A DNA stretch of 63,196 bases, filler included, from Reticulomyxa filosa (lineage: Eukaryota; Protista; Foraminifera): the NCBI GenBank assembly GCA_000512085.1. It is 15 parts of 15 records of this genome, joined end to end, with 100 filler letters (N's around TTAATTAATTAA, not from the genome) between each part and the next. Parts side by side here need not be neighbours in the genome. Positions count along the whole stretch, not along the records: positions 26,404 to 32,463 come from ASPP01022432.1; positions 32,564 to 33,860 come from ASPP01026925.1; positions 33,961 to 36,026 come from ASPP01006683.1; positions 36,127 to 37,380 come from ASPP01021198.1; positions 37,481 to 39,829 come from ASPP01042905.1; positions 39,930 to 41,186 come from ASPP01026744.1; 9 more parts are not named here. One strand, 5' to 3'. A program made the position numbers and the translations under genes. The stretch's first letter is position 1, and every line of letters begins with the position of its first letter. This document shows positions 26,304 through 40,004 of this stretch, one piece after another. Below the pieces are notes generated by a model, which worked only from the letters and a program-made list of their open reading frames with translations, did not search any database and was not told the origin of the DNA.

Positions 26304-28781
26304 NNNNNNNNNNNNNNNNNNNNNNNNNNNNNNNNNNNNNNNNNNNNTTAATTAATTAANNNNNNNNNNNNNNNNNNNNNNNNNNNNNNNNNNNNNNNNN
26401 NNNTTTTGTACGCTCCTTTTTTTTTTTTTTTGTAGCTTTTGTGATATGTTTTGCTTGTGAATCCTCGTTTGAAACGTTTTTGTGTTTTGTTTGTTTGTTT
26501 TGTTTTTTGTACATAAAAAATCTTTTCGAATGCCTCCATGTTTTCAATTTTTAATTCAAATTTGTAACTCAAACTTCATCGCATAAACATACGGTCTAAT
26601 CAATGGATGACAGTCCAAAAAACAATTTGCTCATATCGTCACAAAAAAAAATTTTGCAGAGTGCGTCGCATTGTGCGAAAAGACACAAAAGAATGAACAC
26701 TTGCAAAGAGGGGCCAAATTAACAAAAATAATTAAATAGAAACGAATAATTTACATATGTGACATTACTGTCCAGGACATTCCTTCTTTTATTGATATGG
26801 CTTTCCATTGGTTTAGAACTCACTCCAAATTTGTTCAAAGACATGACACAGTTGCGTGAAATATCAACTACTGCTACTCAGCTGGAGTGTCTCTCCAATT
26901 TTTTGGTATTTCAAATTTAAAGCGTCCATTTCATATTTTATTTCTTTTATCGCTGCTATCTCTCATATTTGAATTGTCTTAATATTTCATTTGATTGTTT
27001 AGTGATCGACTTATCTTTTTATTGCTTTTCCAAAAACTTACGTTCCATAATCGTTTTGTTCTGTCAGCTGAACCTGGTACGAAATTTATCGTCTAAAGTT
27101 TTATGAAAGCTAACCCGTTGTGGTTTGTTGTCTCTTCGTCATTTTAGCAATATCCATTAATTGGGGAGAATATTGAACTTGGGAGACTCTTTGTTTTATC
27201 TTTTGCTGAACTTCTTTTGTTTGACACCTTTCTTTGTTCAAAAAAACACTTAGAAGTCGTTCAAAATATTTTTGTAGCTTTCTTGAATATGCTTTAACAA
27301 ATTTTCTTTATTTATTTGGCATTTTCTAAACGTAGAATTTTTTGGTTGGAAGGCAAGATCAGCTTGTTTTTGTGACTGAGTGTTTATGTAAATAATTCAG
27401 GAAGAATTACCTAAATCTCCCATAAATAAAAGCGGATTAAAATAACAATAACTGATTTTGCAAGCTTATACTTGTATTGAATGGAAATAAATCCGCAAAA
27501 ATAAGAAATATTTCTACCTTTCAACAAAAAAAGGGATTTACATTCCATTTCGTGCTTGTTCATTAAAAATAAAGTTAAATAACATTTCATGCACAGTATG
27601 TACATTTCTTTTGACTTATCAATTCTTTCCTTTTTTTGTAAAAAGGTTTCTTGGATAAAAATTCAAACGCAAATTTACATAAAAAACTTGTTTTAATTTT
27701 AATCAAATCCTCTTTCAATATTTTAGTTTTTCAATAATTCTTGCCATTTTTTCTTTTTCTGTTTCTTGTTTTTTGTTTTTAGTGTATGCAGAGATGTTGA
27801 GTTACTATCTAGGAGTTAACAAAAGGAATGATATTGAAATAATTAAAGCAAATGGTCAAGTCTATTATGTTTTAAAACTTTTTTAGTGGTCTAAAAAACA
27901 CATTGACAAAAAAAAACTAACCACCCAAATCAACGTGAAAAAAAAAGCACATTTTTCGATGTTCTAATCATAGTGTGGTTTTGTTTTTTGAAAAGGAAAT
28001 TGATGTTGACACAAAACAATGGATAAACAAACTTGTCCTTTTTTTTGCCGGGCTTGTTGACTGTCAGACTGACAGTGATTTTTTCAGAGGTTGTTTTTGG
28101 ATGACACCAATCGACACTGGTGTCAGACCTATTCTTAATCTGCTTGGCCCAGTCGGTTATTACAAAAATAAACTTCGTTTTGTGTACATTTCATTTTATT
28201 ATTCGAGGTGCCAATTTGTATGAAGAAAGAAGATTGTAATTTGTATTGCATCTTTATTTTTATTGGAAGTAATACACAAAAAGCACGTTTGAAAAATATT
28301 TTTACGAAGTAATTTACAAATATTTTCTCTCTACTTTTGCATTCCATGCATATTCTTTATGTGTTTTCTCATCAAGAATGTGATATATTGCTGACCTTGC
28401 AAACAAAATTTCACTTTCATGTTTGAATGGAGATATCCATGATACCTATTAGTTCAATTTTGAATATTTTAATTGGACGTTTATGTAATCCTATCATTAT
28501 CAATCCATCCAATATAATTATTCCTTTTTTTATTTATTTCATATTACATAAAAGTAAAGATAAAATTAAGAAAAAAATATATTTACTTTGATTATAGTAT
28601 TTTAATTTAACAAAAAATAAATTGGACTTGGATATGCCATTCACTTACCAAGCCTAACTACAGCAAATGATAATTCATATCTAAATATTTTGCAGACACT
28701 TTCGTTGGTCTTGAGAAAAAAGTTCAATCATTTTTTTTATCTTGCATCATCGAAGAAATCTAAAAAAAAACAGCTGAAACA

Positions 28782-30149
28782 ATGACCACTCATGGAAATG
28801 AAAAACAATCATTCCGATCAGTATTGGTAACTTTAATTCAATCTTTCAGAAAACTAGTTGTTTTTATGTTTTAATTGGTTTATGATTGATCACAGTCAGA
28901 AGAAGAAGAGACTCAAATAATTATCCAATATTGGACTCGAATATTAAAAATCAAATTAGGATGGATCCAGGATTTCAACAAACTTGTTGCTAAATATGTT
29001 AAGCCTGTTTGTTTACTTTATTCAATCACAAATATTTATTTGTTGTTTTTGCAATTTTTACAATTTAATACAGGCAACTGACTTCTTAATGTTTGAAGTG
29101 TTTCGTTCATCCAAATTAGTCAAGACTTTCACTGGACATACAAATAGTGTGCGGAGTATTGATTATTCAACACTTGATGGCGGCCAATTCATTTGTTCTG
29201 GATCATTTGATAATACAGTCCGTGTATGGGATGTTGATAATAACAAACAAATTCAATCATTCAATGGACATTCAAATTCTGTGAATTGTGTGAAATTTTC
29301 GCCATATCATCATTATAATAATAGTAGTAGTATCATTTGTTCTTCATCAACTGACAATACCATTCGTTTTTGGGATATCAAACACAATCAAAGATTGCAA
29401 ACATTCAATGAACACACAAGTTGGATTAGTAGCATTGAATTTTCACCATTTAGTAATGGTAGATACTTGTGTTCTGGATCTGATGACAAAACTGTTCGTT
29501 TATGGGATGTTGAAACATCCAAAACATTGCATATTTTCAGTGGACATATAAATACTATTAGATGTGTGGATATTTCACAGTTGCAAAGCAATAGCAATAG
29601 TGATAAAAGTAATAGTATTGGCGTGATTGGTGGAAATGGATATACTATTTGTTCTGGATCATATGATGAAACCATTCGAGTATGGGATATTGAAACAACA
29701 AAACAATTCAATGTATTCAAAGGACATAAAGGTTCAGTGTATAGTGTAAAATATGGATCAAATGAATTAAGAAGTACAATATTATCTGGATCAGAAGATA
29801 ATAGTGTTCGTTTGTGGGATATTCGATTAGGTAAACAAATTCAAATATTCAATGGACATACATATTGGGTTATGGCTGTGGAATATTCACCATTTGTAGT
29901 GAATAATATTGAAGTTGGTGGTAATTCAAATGTGATATGTTCCGGATCAATTGATAATACAATTCGTTTTTGGGATATTCGATCAAATAAGAAGGAATTG
30001 TATTTGATCAATGGAGATGAAAAAGATAGTGGAATACTATGTCTTAAATTTCTACAATTAAAAAAAATAAAAAAAGAAGTAATGCTAGCAGATGTGGTAT
30101 TAATTTGTGTTATGGTTCAAATAATGGTTTAATATATACCTGGGGATAG
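28782..30149 (+). CDS. WD40-repeat protein with a short N-terminal 'IIQYWTRILKIKLGWIQDF' module; apparent frameshift in the A-run at ~30060-30076
   Basis: ATG 28782, two GT-AG introns, 7 WD repeats paralogous to 4711-6171. The family ending NLCYGSNNGLIYTWG* lies in a shifted frame (TAG 30147-30149). Confidence 0.8.
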
Positions 30150-32064
30150 TCTAATTTTTCCACCAAAAAATAAAATAAAATAGTTTGAGTGATTTGATTC
30201 TTTTTGAGTAAATTCAATCAAATTATTTTCCTACGCTAATTAACATAAACATGTTGAACTTTTCTCATTAAATATTCGATTTGTAACTACTCCAACATTA
30301 AACAAAAAAATAATATCCAAAGTGGTCGAATATTGCAGCGTATGTGCACGAGTGTAAAATAAATTTAAGTTTTTATGAAGAACATGTATTCTTAACAATA
30401 TCATCTTTCTATTGAATCATTTTTTTGGAAAGGAGAGGAGTAGAAATATTTAAGCTTCGTTTTACAGTGTTTTCAATTGGATTTTGTATATATAATCTCG
30501 TTGTTGTGATTCTTTTTTTCAAAGCTTTTAGTCTGTTGTACAAATTTTCTTCTTGAGCGAAAACAAGATTTTTCAGTCCGACAAGAGTGGGGGAGTGATG
30601 TACCCCCCCCCCCCCTCCTTGCACTTGGATAATCGAGATCGGAAGACAACGGAAAAAGAATACAAGACTCCATTATCGGTGATGCCATCGTGTGTTTGAT
30701 CGCTGTTCCATTCTAAGCGATGAGGGATTCCTATCAATAGGTATTAATTCGTTGAAAAGGATTTTTACTAAATCGAACACATTGCCAATGGATTTGATTG
30801 GAATTATCTTTTGCATTTGAAAGGATTTCGCGATCAAATGAGGTTGCTTGTCATCCAACACATTGACGGTTTTCACGTACTTATATAATTTACTAGAATT
30901 GTTTAAACAGAGTGTTCGGGCTTGACGAAAGTGCTGATATAATTATAGAGCAGATTTTGCTGTTGGGAAGTTTGAACAAACACGCCTTTGTATAGCAGTT
31001 GGTAGTGTCGATACAACGCATTGTGATGGAATTGGATTTTGTATACCACTTCTGATCCTTTTTATTATTGTTGATGTTGCATTGTTAGGAATGTCTTGTT
31101 ATTTTGTTGTTTGCTTGCACATAGACCGCATACGTGCATATACATATATCCACGTAGGTGAAAATATCGTGCCAATATCGCTTACCACATAGAAAGCGTA
31201 CGTCAATGATGAAAAAATAATGCATAATTTACTTGTGTGCGTTCAATTATTGGAGGGGGGGGCTCACGTAATACATTTTCAACTCCACTTGTTTTTCGTT
31301 TGTAAAACCAACACAACTGAACTTTCGTTTCACTACAATACAAATTTTAGTTGAATGTCCAAAACACTACATTTACAAAGTTAAATTATTGTGAAATTTT
31401 TATACACGCAAAAATTTAGGTTACGTATATTACCAGAAGATTATAAAACAATTCAATTCAATTGTGAGCTTAAAGACAGGAGCTGAAATACAGAAATTGG
31501 AAAAATGTTGATGAGGATACTTACAAATACAATTGTTGTGCTCTTACAAGCTAAATCCTTATGATGAACAGTGAGTCTGCGTTTTTGAACTTCTAAAAAG
31601 TAGGACAAGTCTTTGTTTAAAATTTTGTACTTTGTATTGGACATTTTTTTAAAACAACCAAACATAAAAGGAATTCTTTAATAAAATAGGCGAATTTAAG
31701 GTCTGTCAAAAATTCTGTCTTAAGGTCTAAAAAAATACTTTTTTTCCTGCGAAAGTACGTCCTTATCCTTTTTCATTCAAAAGCTCTAAATGTTTGTTTT
31801 AGGAAGATGAGCAATCACGACAAGAAAAGCGAGGTAACACGACTTGAGACTAATCTTTTTTATTTGTTTTGGATAACAATGGGAAAAAAAGAAATACTTT
31901 ATCCTTCGATCAAAAATAGATAACAATTGGCATATTTCCTAAAGTATTGCGTGCGAATCTCCAAAACTACAGTTAATGATATAAACAATAATGGTATATC
32001 TCTTATATAAACAATGAAGATGTGCGATTTTGTTTTGATAGGCAAAGGAATGTGTAAAGGAGGA

Positions 32065-32463
32065 ATGCAAGACAACAATGGTAACAATAACATTAATGCC
32101 ACAAACGAAGGGGAAAAGGAATATGAAAAGGAAATAAAGACATTAATTCGACTATTCGGTGATTCAATTAATAAAAAAGATTTGAAAAAGAAAATAATAA
32201 ATAACAATGGAAGAATCGAATTGGTGATAAAAGAACTTGTTCAATTATCTGTTGAAAATGAGGTATATTACAACAAATTATAACAACATATCTTATTTTA
32301 TAATTGATGGTTTTTTTTATATTAAAAAGGATGAAAGCAAAAGCAATGAATTGGAGAACATTGAACAGGTAATAACAAAATTATTTTATTTATTTTACGA
32401 CTTTTTTTTTTTATCTTTATATTTCTGTTCTGAATAGAAACAAGCGCAAGAGCAAGAGCAAGA
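32065..32463 (+). CDS. 5' fragment with a CUE/UBA-like helical domain, truncated at contig end
   Basis: EIKTLIRLFGD...KKKIINNNGRIELVIKELV; paralogous to 53214-53386. Confidence 0.5.
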
Positions 32464-34015
32464 NNNNNNNNNNNNNNNNNNNNNNNNNNNNNNNNNNNNN
32501 NNNNNNNTTAATTAATTAANNNNNNNNNNNNNNNNNNNNNNNNNNNNNNNNNNNNNNNNNNNNTGTGTGTGTATGCATGTTGTTTAAGTCGATTTTCAAG
32601 AGAAAAAAAGCTTTTCTTTTAAAATTTGATTGATACAATCAATATTCTTCTTTGCATCACTTTTCTTCTCTGCCATCTTTTATAGTGTAAGAATATATAC
32701 ATATATTTAACTGGCAAGCTTTAAACCACTATTGGATTTTACGTGATGATGATTTCTTAGAAGATACAATTGAACTTCTCGAAAAGCTTTTGAGAAAATC
32801 TCTTTATCAATAAATTTCTTTTTTAACAAAATTTATAATAGTAAATTAAAATTTTTGTGCAAGATTTGTAAGTTCTTCTACTACACGTTAAGAAAAACAT
32901 AAAACTATTGAACGAAAACTAACTCCAAAAAAAGTGTTAAAAGATTAAGTATACGTTTTTAAAGTTTTTATCTTTTTTAACTTATAATTAAATTTTATAA
33001 ACTTTTGGGTGGTGAAAATCAAAACACTTGACGATCACTCGAAGTGGCTTATATATAATTTAAAAATAAAAATTAATTTATATATGATGTTGAATAATTG
33101 CAGTTTAGTTAAGCTGCTTTTATTCACACACAGACATATATTTTTTATTTTATATATTCGTAACATCAAGTTTCTCGAGGTCCGACTCGTGTTCTGTTGT
33201 GTGTTTGTTAATGAAAAAAGCTTAGTCTCCAAGAGCTAAAGTAATCGTCAAAGATTTCTATTCATTTTATTTTCTTCATCGCTGTAATCGTAATGAAGCA
33301 TTACAGCCAGAAAGACATATGAAGAAGAAAAGTAATGGAATTGGACAACTTTTTAATCATTGTGTTTCATTTTTGTTTTATTTATTTGCTTGCTCTTTGT
33401 TTCGTTTGTTTTTGTTTACGTTTTGTTCTTTTTTTTGTCTGAAAGTCGTCATGTGATTTATTAAAAAAAAAGTTTATGTAACAGATGCATGTTTCTTGTG
33501 GGCTTGTGCACATTCATTATCTGCTGGAGTACTTCCTCTTTTTTTTTTTTGGACTAATTAGAAATGTGGCGAAAGCCAAACATAAAACATTTTTTTTCCA
33601 ATGAGTGAAAAAACAAATCCAAATCGTTATCTTTATGATGGCTGTACTTTAATTAACAAATCCCTTCTTTATACAATACAACTTGTATTGCTTTTGATAT
33701 CACACAATGTTATATCTGTTTTCATTTGAATTATATTGAAATATATCTTCAAAGAAAACAGCCATTTCAAATACCAGATGATTAATTACAAAAATTTTAA
33801 TGCAAATTTAATTTTGAATGTTAATTTGTTATGTCATTCTACATGTTAAAAAACAAAAAANNNNNNNNNNNNNNNNNNNNNNNNNNNNNNNNNNNNNNNN
33901 NNNNTTAATTAATTAANNNNNNNNNNNNNNNNNNNNNNNNNNNNNNNNNNNNNNNNNNNNAAAAAAAAAAAAATTTCTTTTTTGTTTTTTTTAAAAATGT
34001 GAAGTCGTCGGAATA

Positions 34016-34501
34016 TTGACAACTTGGATGACAGTACTGACAGTCCCATTCTTGGGATGGATAACATTAGTGGCATTCGATACGTGCGTGAACTCGTGGT
34101 GTGTGTTTTTGTCGTATGGTGCCAATCGCAAGACGTTTGACTTTCTATGCAAGTACTGCATTTGCGCAGGGGTGGCATGCTTGTACTGGGTGAGCAATGT
34201 ACAATTGGTCCATGGCAAGGACTTGAAAGACGACAATCCTCACAAACAGTCAGACAGAAAAAGACAAATCCAAGAGATTGTTGTGTGGTCCATTGGCAAT
34301 AGCGCTTTCAAAGACGAACCACCTTCACAGCGGCAAGGAACTATCGTCACCGATGTTGCCTACTCGAGGGACACTGTCAACTCGCCCGTTCGCGACTTTT
34401 CTTCTGTTGTCGATGCGAAGGTTGAAAGTCCTAATGTTGGTCGCGATGCGAATAAGGACCAAAGCAGTACTCAACAGAGTCCCATTGGCGATCCGAATTA
34501 A
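34016..34501 (+). CDS. 3' end of a membrane protein, possibly the last helices and tail of a 7TM receptor-like protein
   Basis: Hydrophobic segments ending DTCVNSWCVFLSY, a Cys-rich juxtamembrane stretch and a Ser/Thr-rich tail; 5' part missing. Confidence 0.4.
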   Translation: MTTWMTVLTVPFLGWITLVAFDTCVNSWCVFLSYGANRKTFDFLCKYCICAGVACLYWVSNVQLVHGKDLKDDNPHKQSDRKRQIQEIVVWSIGNSAFKDEPPSQRQGTIVTDVAYSRDTVNSPVRDFSSVVDAKVESPNVGRDANKDQSSTQQSPIGDPN

Positions 34502-35065
34502 AAATTCATTTTTTGTTCATACTTTTCAATCTTAATACAAAAATACAAAAACAGTCTTTTTTTTTTTTGGTTGGTGTTTGTTCCAACTCTCCAAATTGTA
34601 GTATTTTTTTGTTGTTGTTGTAGAATGTAGTTTTCTCCTCTTGCAAGGATTTAACTGCTGGATCCACTTTTATGTCGAGACAAACCAAATTTCAAGGACC
34701 TTGTTTAAAGGACTGTCTTTTTGCTCTTTTTTCAATTTGTAATACAGATGATATATTTTAAGGGACTTACTTCCAATCAACCGTCAGTATTTTTCAAAGC
34801 TTTTTCCTTTTTTTTTGGTTTTATGCAGGCGTAGCGAGTATTACAAAGAAAATTCTATCGCATCCTAGTATTTTTTAATACTAGCTTCGAATATTATCTG
34901 GAGGATAGTATAATGTAATATCGACCAATTGCTTTTTAAAAGATATGTAAGCATTTGCACGATAAGTGAAAGGACAATAAATCAGAACAGAAAACAAAAA
35001 AAGCTAGTAGCAAAAGAAGCCTAGTGCTAAAACGCTAACATAAAGAGGGGAAAAACATATCCATT

Positions 35066-36026
35066 ATGGCTGATCTGAAAGAATCACTTTTAGAAAAACA
35101 AATGAATGGGATGGAGGACGAGAATGAAACACAGTCATTTCTTGGAGTTGCCTCCGCGGACAGAGCTGGAACAAATAGCTTGAATAACCTCGTCGAAAGC
35201 TCGAGTCGAAAAGAAAGTGATATGAATCGCTCATCTCAGCTTGAAAAAAGCGATATTACTTACGATCCAGACATCCACACTCAGTCGTATATGACTATTA
35301 CCGAGGAAGTTAAGGCTCATAGAGTCCATCGAGAAGTCATGCTCGTGACCACATCCATCTTCATGAGCTATTCATCACTAGTCGTCTTGCAAAAGAAACT
35401 ATATGATAAAGTGGAAGCAAACCATGCCAATGACTCCTTAACCTCATATCAAAAACAGTTGTTCGAGCATGGAACATCACTGGTTTATTGTTAAGTGTTT
35501 TTTTTGGTGAATGTTAAAAAACAAGTATCCATAAGGTTCCGCTTTTTCGAACCTCAGGAAGGGGAGAGGGAAAAAAAAATTTTGATCAAATTAAAACACA
35601 CTATTACAAACAACGAGTTTTGTGTGAATACATTTATATAATATTAGTTGGCAATTTGTTATTCAGATTATTACATAACATGCTTTTGGGTTTTTTGACC
35701 CCGAGAAATCGTGTCGTTTTATCACTGCTGTGCGGGTATGTTGTCAACAAAAAAAAAAAGGGAGCAGAGGAAAAAAAAGAAATCAAGCAAGAACATAATT
35801 TAGCAAATACTAAGTTCCTTTTTGTTGTAAATAGAACCACTTCCATGTTTTTGTTATGTTTTTTTATTTCTGGTTGGAAGTAACATCAATTGCTTGGGTG
35901 TACGTAGCTTATTTAATTGGCGGTGTGGGCATTGGATCAGTTTGTTTTTTTTTTTGCATGCATCCACATTTCCTCCTCTCCATTCTCATTACTTTTTTCT
36001 TTGTTACCTCCCCCTTTCAAAAAAAA
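35066..36026 (+). CDS. CLN3/battenin-like multi-pass membrane protein, 5' part
   Basis: Acidic N-terminus, then IFMSYSSLVVLQ, GNLLFRLLHN..GFLTPRNRV and WVYVAYLIGGVGIG, recalled from protist CLN3-like proteins; truncated at contig end. Confidence 0.55.
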
Positions 36027-36600
36027 NNNNNNNNNNNNNNNNNNNNNNNNNNNNNNNNNNNNNNNNNNNNTTAATTAATTAANNNNNNNNNNNNNNNNNN
36101 NNNNNNNNNNNNNNNNNNNNNNNNNNAATCCAAAAACATGGCTTCAAGATTAGAAATCTTAACGAAGTTTCCTGTAAAAAGAAATTTCTCAGAAATGATG
36201 TCAGAACTAAGTTTTGAAGACTCAGATAATACCGAAATATGTCAAAAAAACTAGCAGAAAAAGTAAATATTAAAACTGTAAACATGGAATAAATGCTAAA
36301 TAAATAAAATTGATGCTGTCTTTGTTTATTTTTTTAAAATAATTTTAAATTTTTTTGAAAATAAATTTTATATTGAATCAACACTTCGTCAAACATGCTA
36401 GTCTCTAAGCCAGAAGAAATGTGTTATAAGAATAAATCTGCCATGACAAAATCCATTACATAATTACAAAATTCTTTCAAAGCTAGATTTGACTTTTTTT
36501 TTAATTGTTATTATTTGTCAAAGCGTTATTTAATGCATACAGCACATATTGTACAAACACAAAATGTATTGTATATGCATACTATATCATGCATTATTAT

Positions 36601-37090
36601 TTATATCAAACATACCAAATGCTTTGAGATGTGTATTTCCAAATGACCCGAACAAAAGGAACGGATATTAATTTGTCCCGGCGTTGTAACGTCGTTGAAA
36701 TGGGAAGAAGAGTTAGCGTCGAGGATGCTTTGAATAACACTTAGAATGACAATTTGACGCGTTTGGATAGATGACGTAAAATGTGCATGTACGTGGACAC
36801 ATTTTCGGGAAAATTCTTCCACAACGAAATGAATTCCAGATGGTTTTTTCATTGGCACTTTGCCATGCAACGACAGCGTCACTAGCCCGTTCATCTCTTT
36901 GCCGACGTCGCTTACCAATGACTGTAACATGTTGTCAAGCATCCCCTCACTGCTCACAATTTCTGTCTCTTGTGATTGCAAATGAATTTGAATTTGAGTT
37001 TGACTTTGAATTGAGGTGGTGGATGCATTGTATCTCTCTTTCGACTTTTGTGTGCCATTCTTGTCCCCTGCTCCACTTCTGTTTGTACAA
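36601..37090 (-). CDS. Hypothetical protein, probable terminal exon
   Basis: GC-richer open frame within ORF 36601-37158; no recognised motif. Confidence 0.4.
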
Positions 37091-37519
37091 ACGAGACAAA
37101 AGAGAGGATTCGAGTACGTTATCTTAAATATCTTTCCATACGTCTTTATAAAATTCATTATTTTTTAATTTATTATTGTTGGTCAAATATACATATATAT
37201 ATGTATATGAAAGGGTAGACAACACCCAAACCAATATTGAATCATTTAAGAATATTATTAATTCTCAATCAAAACGCAATAAGAGAAGGGAATATGATTG
37301 TGGATTAAATGTGACTATCAAGAAAAGCATTATGGATGCACTATTTATGAAAATAATTACAAATTGAACAAATATAATATNNNNNNNNNNNNNNNNNNNN
37401 NNNNNNNNNNNNNNNNNNNNNNNNTTAATTAATTAANNNNNNNNNNNNNNNNNNNNNNNNNNNNNNNNNNNNNNNNNNNNTTTTTTTTTTTTTTTAAGTA
37501 AATATTAAATAACTTTCGA

Positions 37520-39760
37520 AATACTTCATCGCCGTATCGTGAACGGACTTGATTGCCTTTAATATCAAGTTGAGACCATTATCAGGCGATTCATAGATGT
37601 CAGTGTGTTTTTCGAATTTGCCAATGATATCAATTGCTTCAGCAAAAGGTACACCATCACCAGTTTGAAGTTCAGACTGGCTCTAATCTCGAACAACAAC
37701 AACAAAAAAAACGTATACATACATGAATGTGCATCACCTGAGACATACACACAGCTCTCTCTCTCTTTTTCTCTTCCTTTCTTTCTTCATAAAAGTAACA
37801 TGATGTTCGTGCTCTGCATCACTGGACGAGTCGTCATCAGCATTCTCTTTTATACAGAGATTGGCGCAGCAAGGCGTATACCAAAAGTCCTTTTCAATTT
37901 GCAGTTGATCGTGTTTCAGCGACTTCATCCAAATGATCTTCCTTTGAAAGATTTTGTCCAATTTGTGTAGCTCTTCAAACCGAACCGGCATAATGTCAGC
38001 GATTAATTTTTGAATAAGCGGTTGTCCCAATATGCAACGATATACAAATATGCGTACACATTTATAATACTGACTGCTTTTTTTTTTTTTTTGAAGAAAA
38101 AAAAAAAAAAAAAAGAGTGAGTTGTTATATTCCAAAGGATTACCACTAAAAAAAAAAAAAAAAAAAAAGAGTGACAAAACTTGGACAATTGATAAGAGTT
38201 AAGAAAAGTATGAGCCAGTTTGATCATAAAATCGCAGAGTGACTCCAAAGTGACACCTTGTTGTTTTTCAGTAGTCAATTTAAGCCAGCGTGAAGTGATG
38301 CGTCCTTCCTTTGTCCTCTGATCCAAAACGAAGCTATCGAAAGTGATCTGTTCGGCTTGAATGAACGCATGGAAATAGTGGTTCTCTTGACTTAGCGTCC
38401 CCAAGCGATGATGCTTCAATTTGGCCGTTTTGTGCAACTCGTATTGATTAAGAACCGATCGCAAAAACGTGACAACTTTCTCTTGCCTTTCTTGGAAAGA
38501 AACTTTTTCTTTTCCTAAAATCACCTTCTCACGGTCATAGTCTTGACGAAAAGATCTCATCAGTAGCTGCTGTCTAACCAGATTCTCCTGTCGGTGGGGT
38601 ACCTCATCCGACAGTCGGATCCTCCACGTTCCGTAAAACCCCATCTCCACCTCCTTTCGCACTTCGTCTATGGTCCAACGTCGGTTCACTAGAATCCGTT
38701 CCCACGACGCCTTCATCGTCAGCAACTTCTTTCTGAAACATGCGACATGCAGTTTTTCCAGAATTAATCGTTCTTCGTAATATGACATTGTAGTTCTATG
38801 GCAGTCACTACAATTCACATATTGCAACAAAATATATATATGTGTATGTATATGTGTATATGCATATACACATATACATATATATATATATATGTATATA
38901 TATAAGCTATTTTAACCAACAAATAGCTTGTAATTCAGGAATATGCCACGATTTCCATTTTTCCATATCTGCGGACATTTCGTCATTGAATGTGTCAATC
39001 TTCGCTTTCAATTTAATGACTTGCTGTGTATGTTGTTGGAATATTGCTTCTAGATTTTTTGTCGCCTTTTCCAATTCCGCTTGCAATTCTTTTTTCGTTC
39101 TGTTTATATGATGTGTATATACATATACATATTGATTCATTTTTTTTTTTTTTAAATATCAATCAAAAAGTGAACTCAATGTTCTTCAATCTCTTTCTCA
39201 TTTTTGCAGCGTCTTTTTGCGGGAGTTCAGAGATGCTATATCTGGTGGTCCAATATATGTCATTGTCCAGACCTTTGTCCTTCTTTGCAATATCACCATT
39301 GTTGTTGTTGTTGTTGTGATTGGTCAATGCACTTTGACTTGCATTGGTGTTCGACGACACGAGTGAGGCTCGTGCAGTGGAGGAAGCTTCTTCTTCTTTT
39401 CTATTGGACGCACTGGTGTCATCAGCACTATTCCCTACAATACGTTGCCAAATCCCTCCCCATTTCCATGTGTTGCCATTACTATTGCTATTGCTATTGC
39501 TATTGCTATTGCTATTGCTATTGCTATTGCCATTGCCATTGCCCTTGTCCACTTTATTCAAAGTATTCAAATTTGGATCAGACATGTTCTCTTTGTTTTT
39601 GTGAATATGTTTAGCCCAATTCACAAGTCACTTGGATTTGTCATATTTCAATATGTGTTGTTCCAAGCAAAAGACAGATAAAGCACAAAACTTGATGTGT
39701 CATGACCGTCGTCGTATTCTGTTGATATCACGTTAGACACTGGAGGAGCTGCTGTTCTGT
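37520..39760 (-). CDS. Hypothetical multi-exon protein, internal fragment (Asn/Ser repeats, coiled coil)
   Basis: Coding-like exons in ORFs 39163-39624, 38907-39140, 38003-38830 and 37734-38177, separated by homopolymer or microsatellite introns. Confidence 0.55.
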
Positions 39761-39929
39761 TTTCGCAGAACAATCAAAAGATTAAAAAAAAAAAAAAAAA
39801 AAACCAACAAATGTAACCAATTACCAATGNNNNNNNNNNNNNNNNNNNNNNNNNNNNNNNNNNNNNNNNNNNNTTAATTAATTAANNNNNNNNNNNNNNN
39901 NNNNNNNNNNNNNNNNNNNNNNNNNNNNN

Positions 39930-39963
<34 letters not shown>

Positions 39964-40004
39964 TATTAATATTAAACAAATAAAAAAAAATAAAAAAAAA
40001 GAAA

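Noticed and set aside
26404-27240. Coding-like minus-strand patches
   Set aside because: No consistent spliced frame or motif could be built.
32564-33860. Short ORFs in this contig
   Set aside because: AT-rich, no motifs; treated as non-coding.
38830-38905. TA/CA microsatellites (also ~56100-56190, ~56470-56540 and AAAT at ~59560-59625) and the resulting YI/F/K-run ORFs
   Set aside because: Intronic simple repeats read through by the ORF finder.
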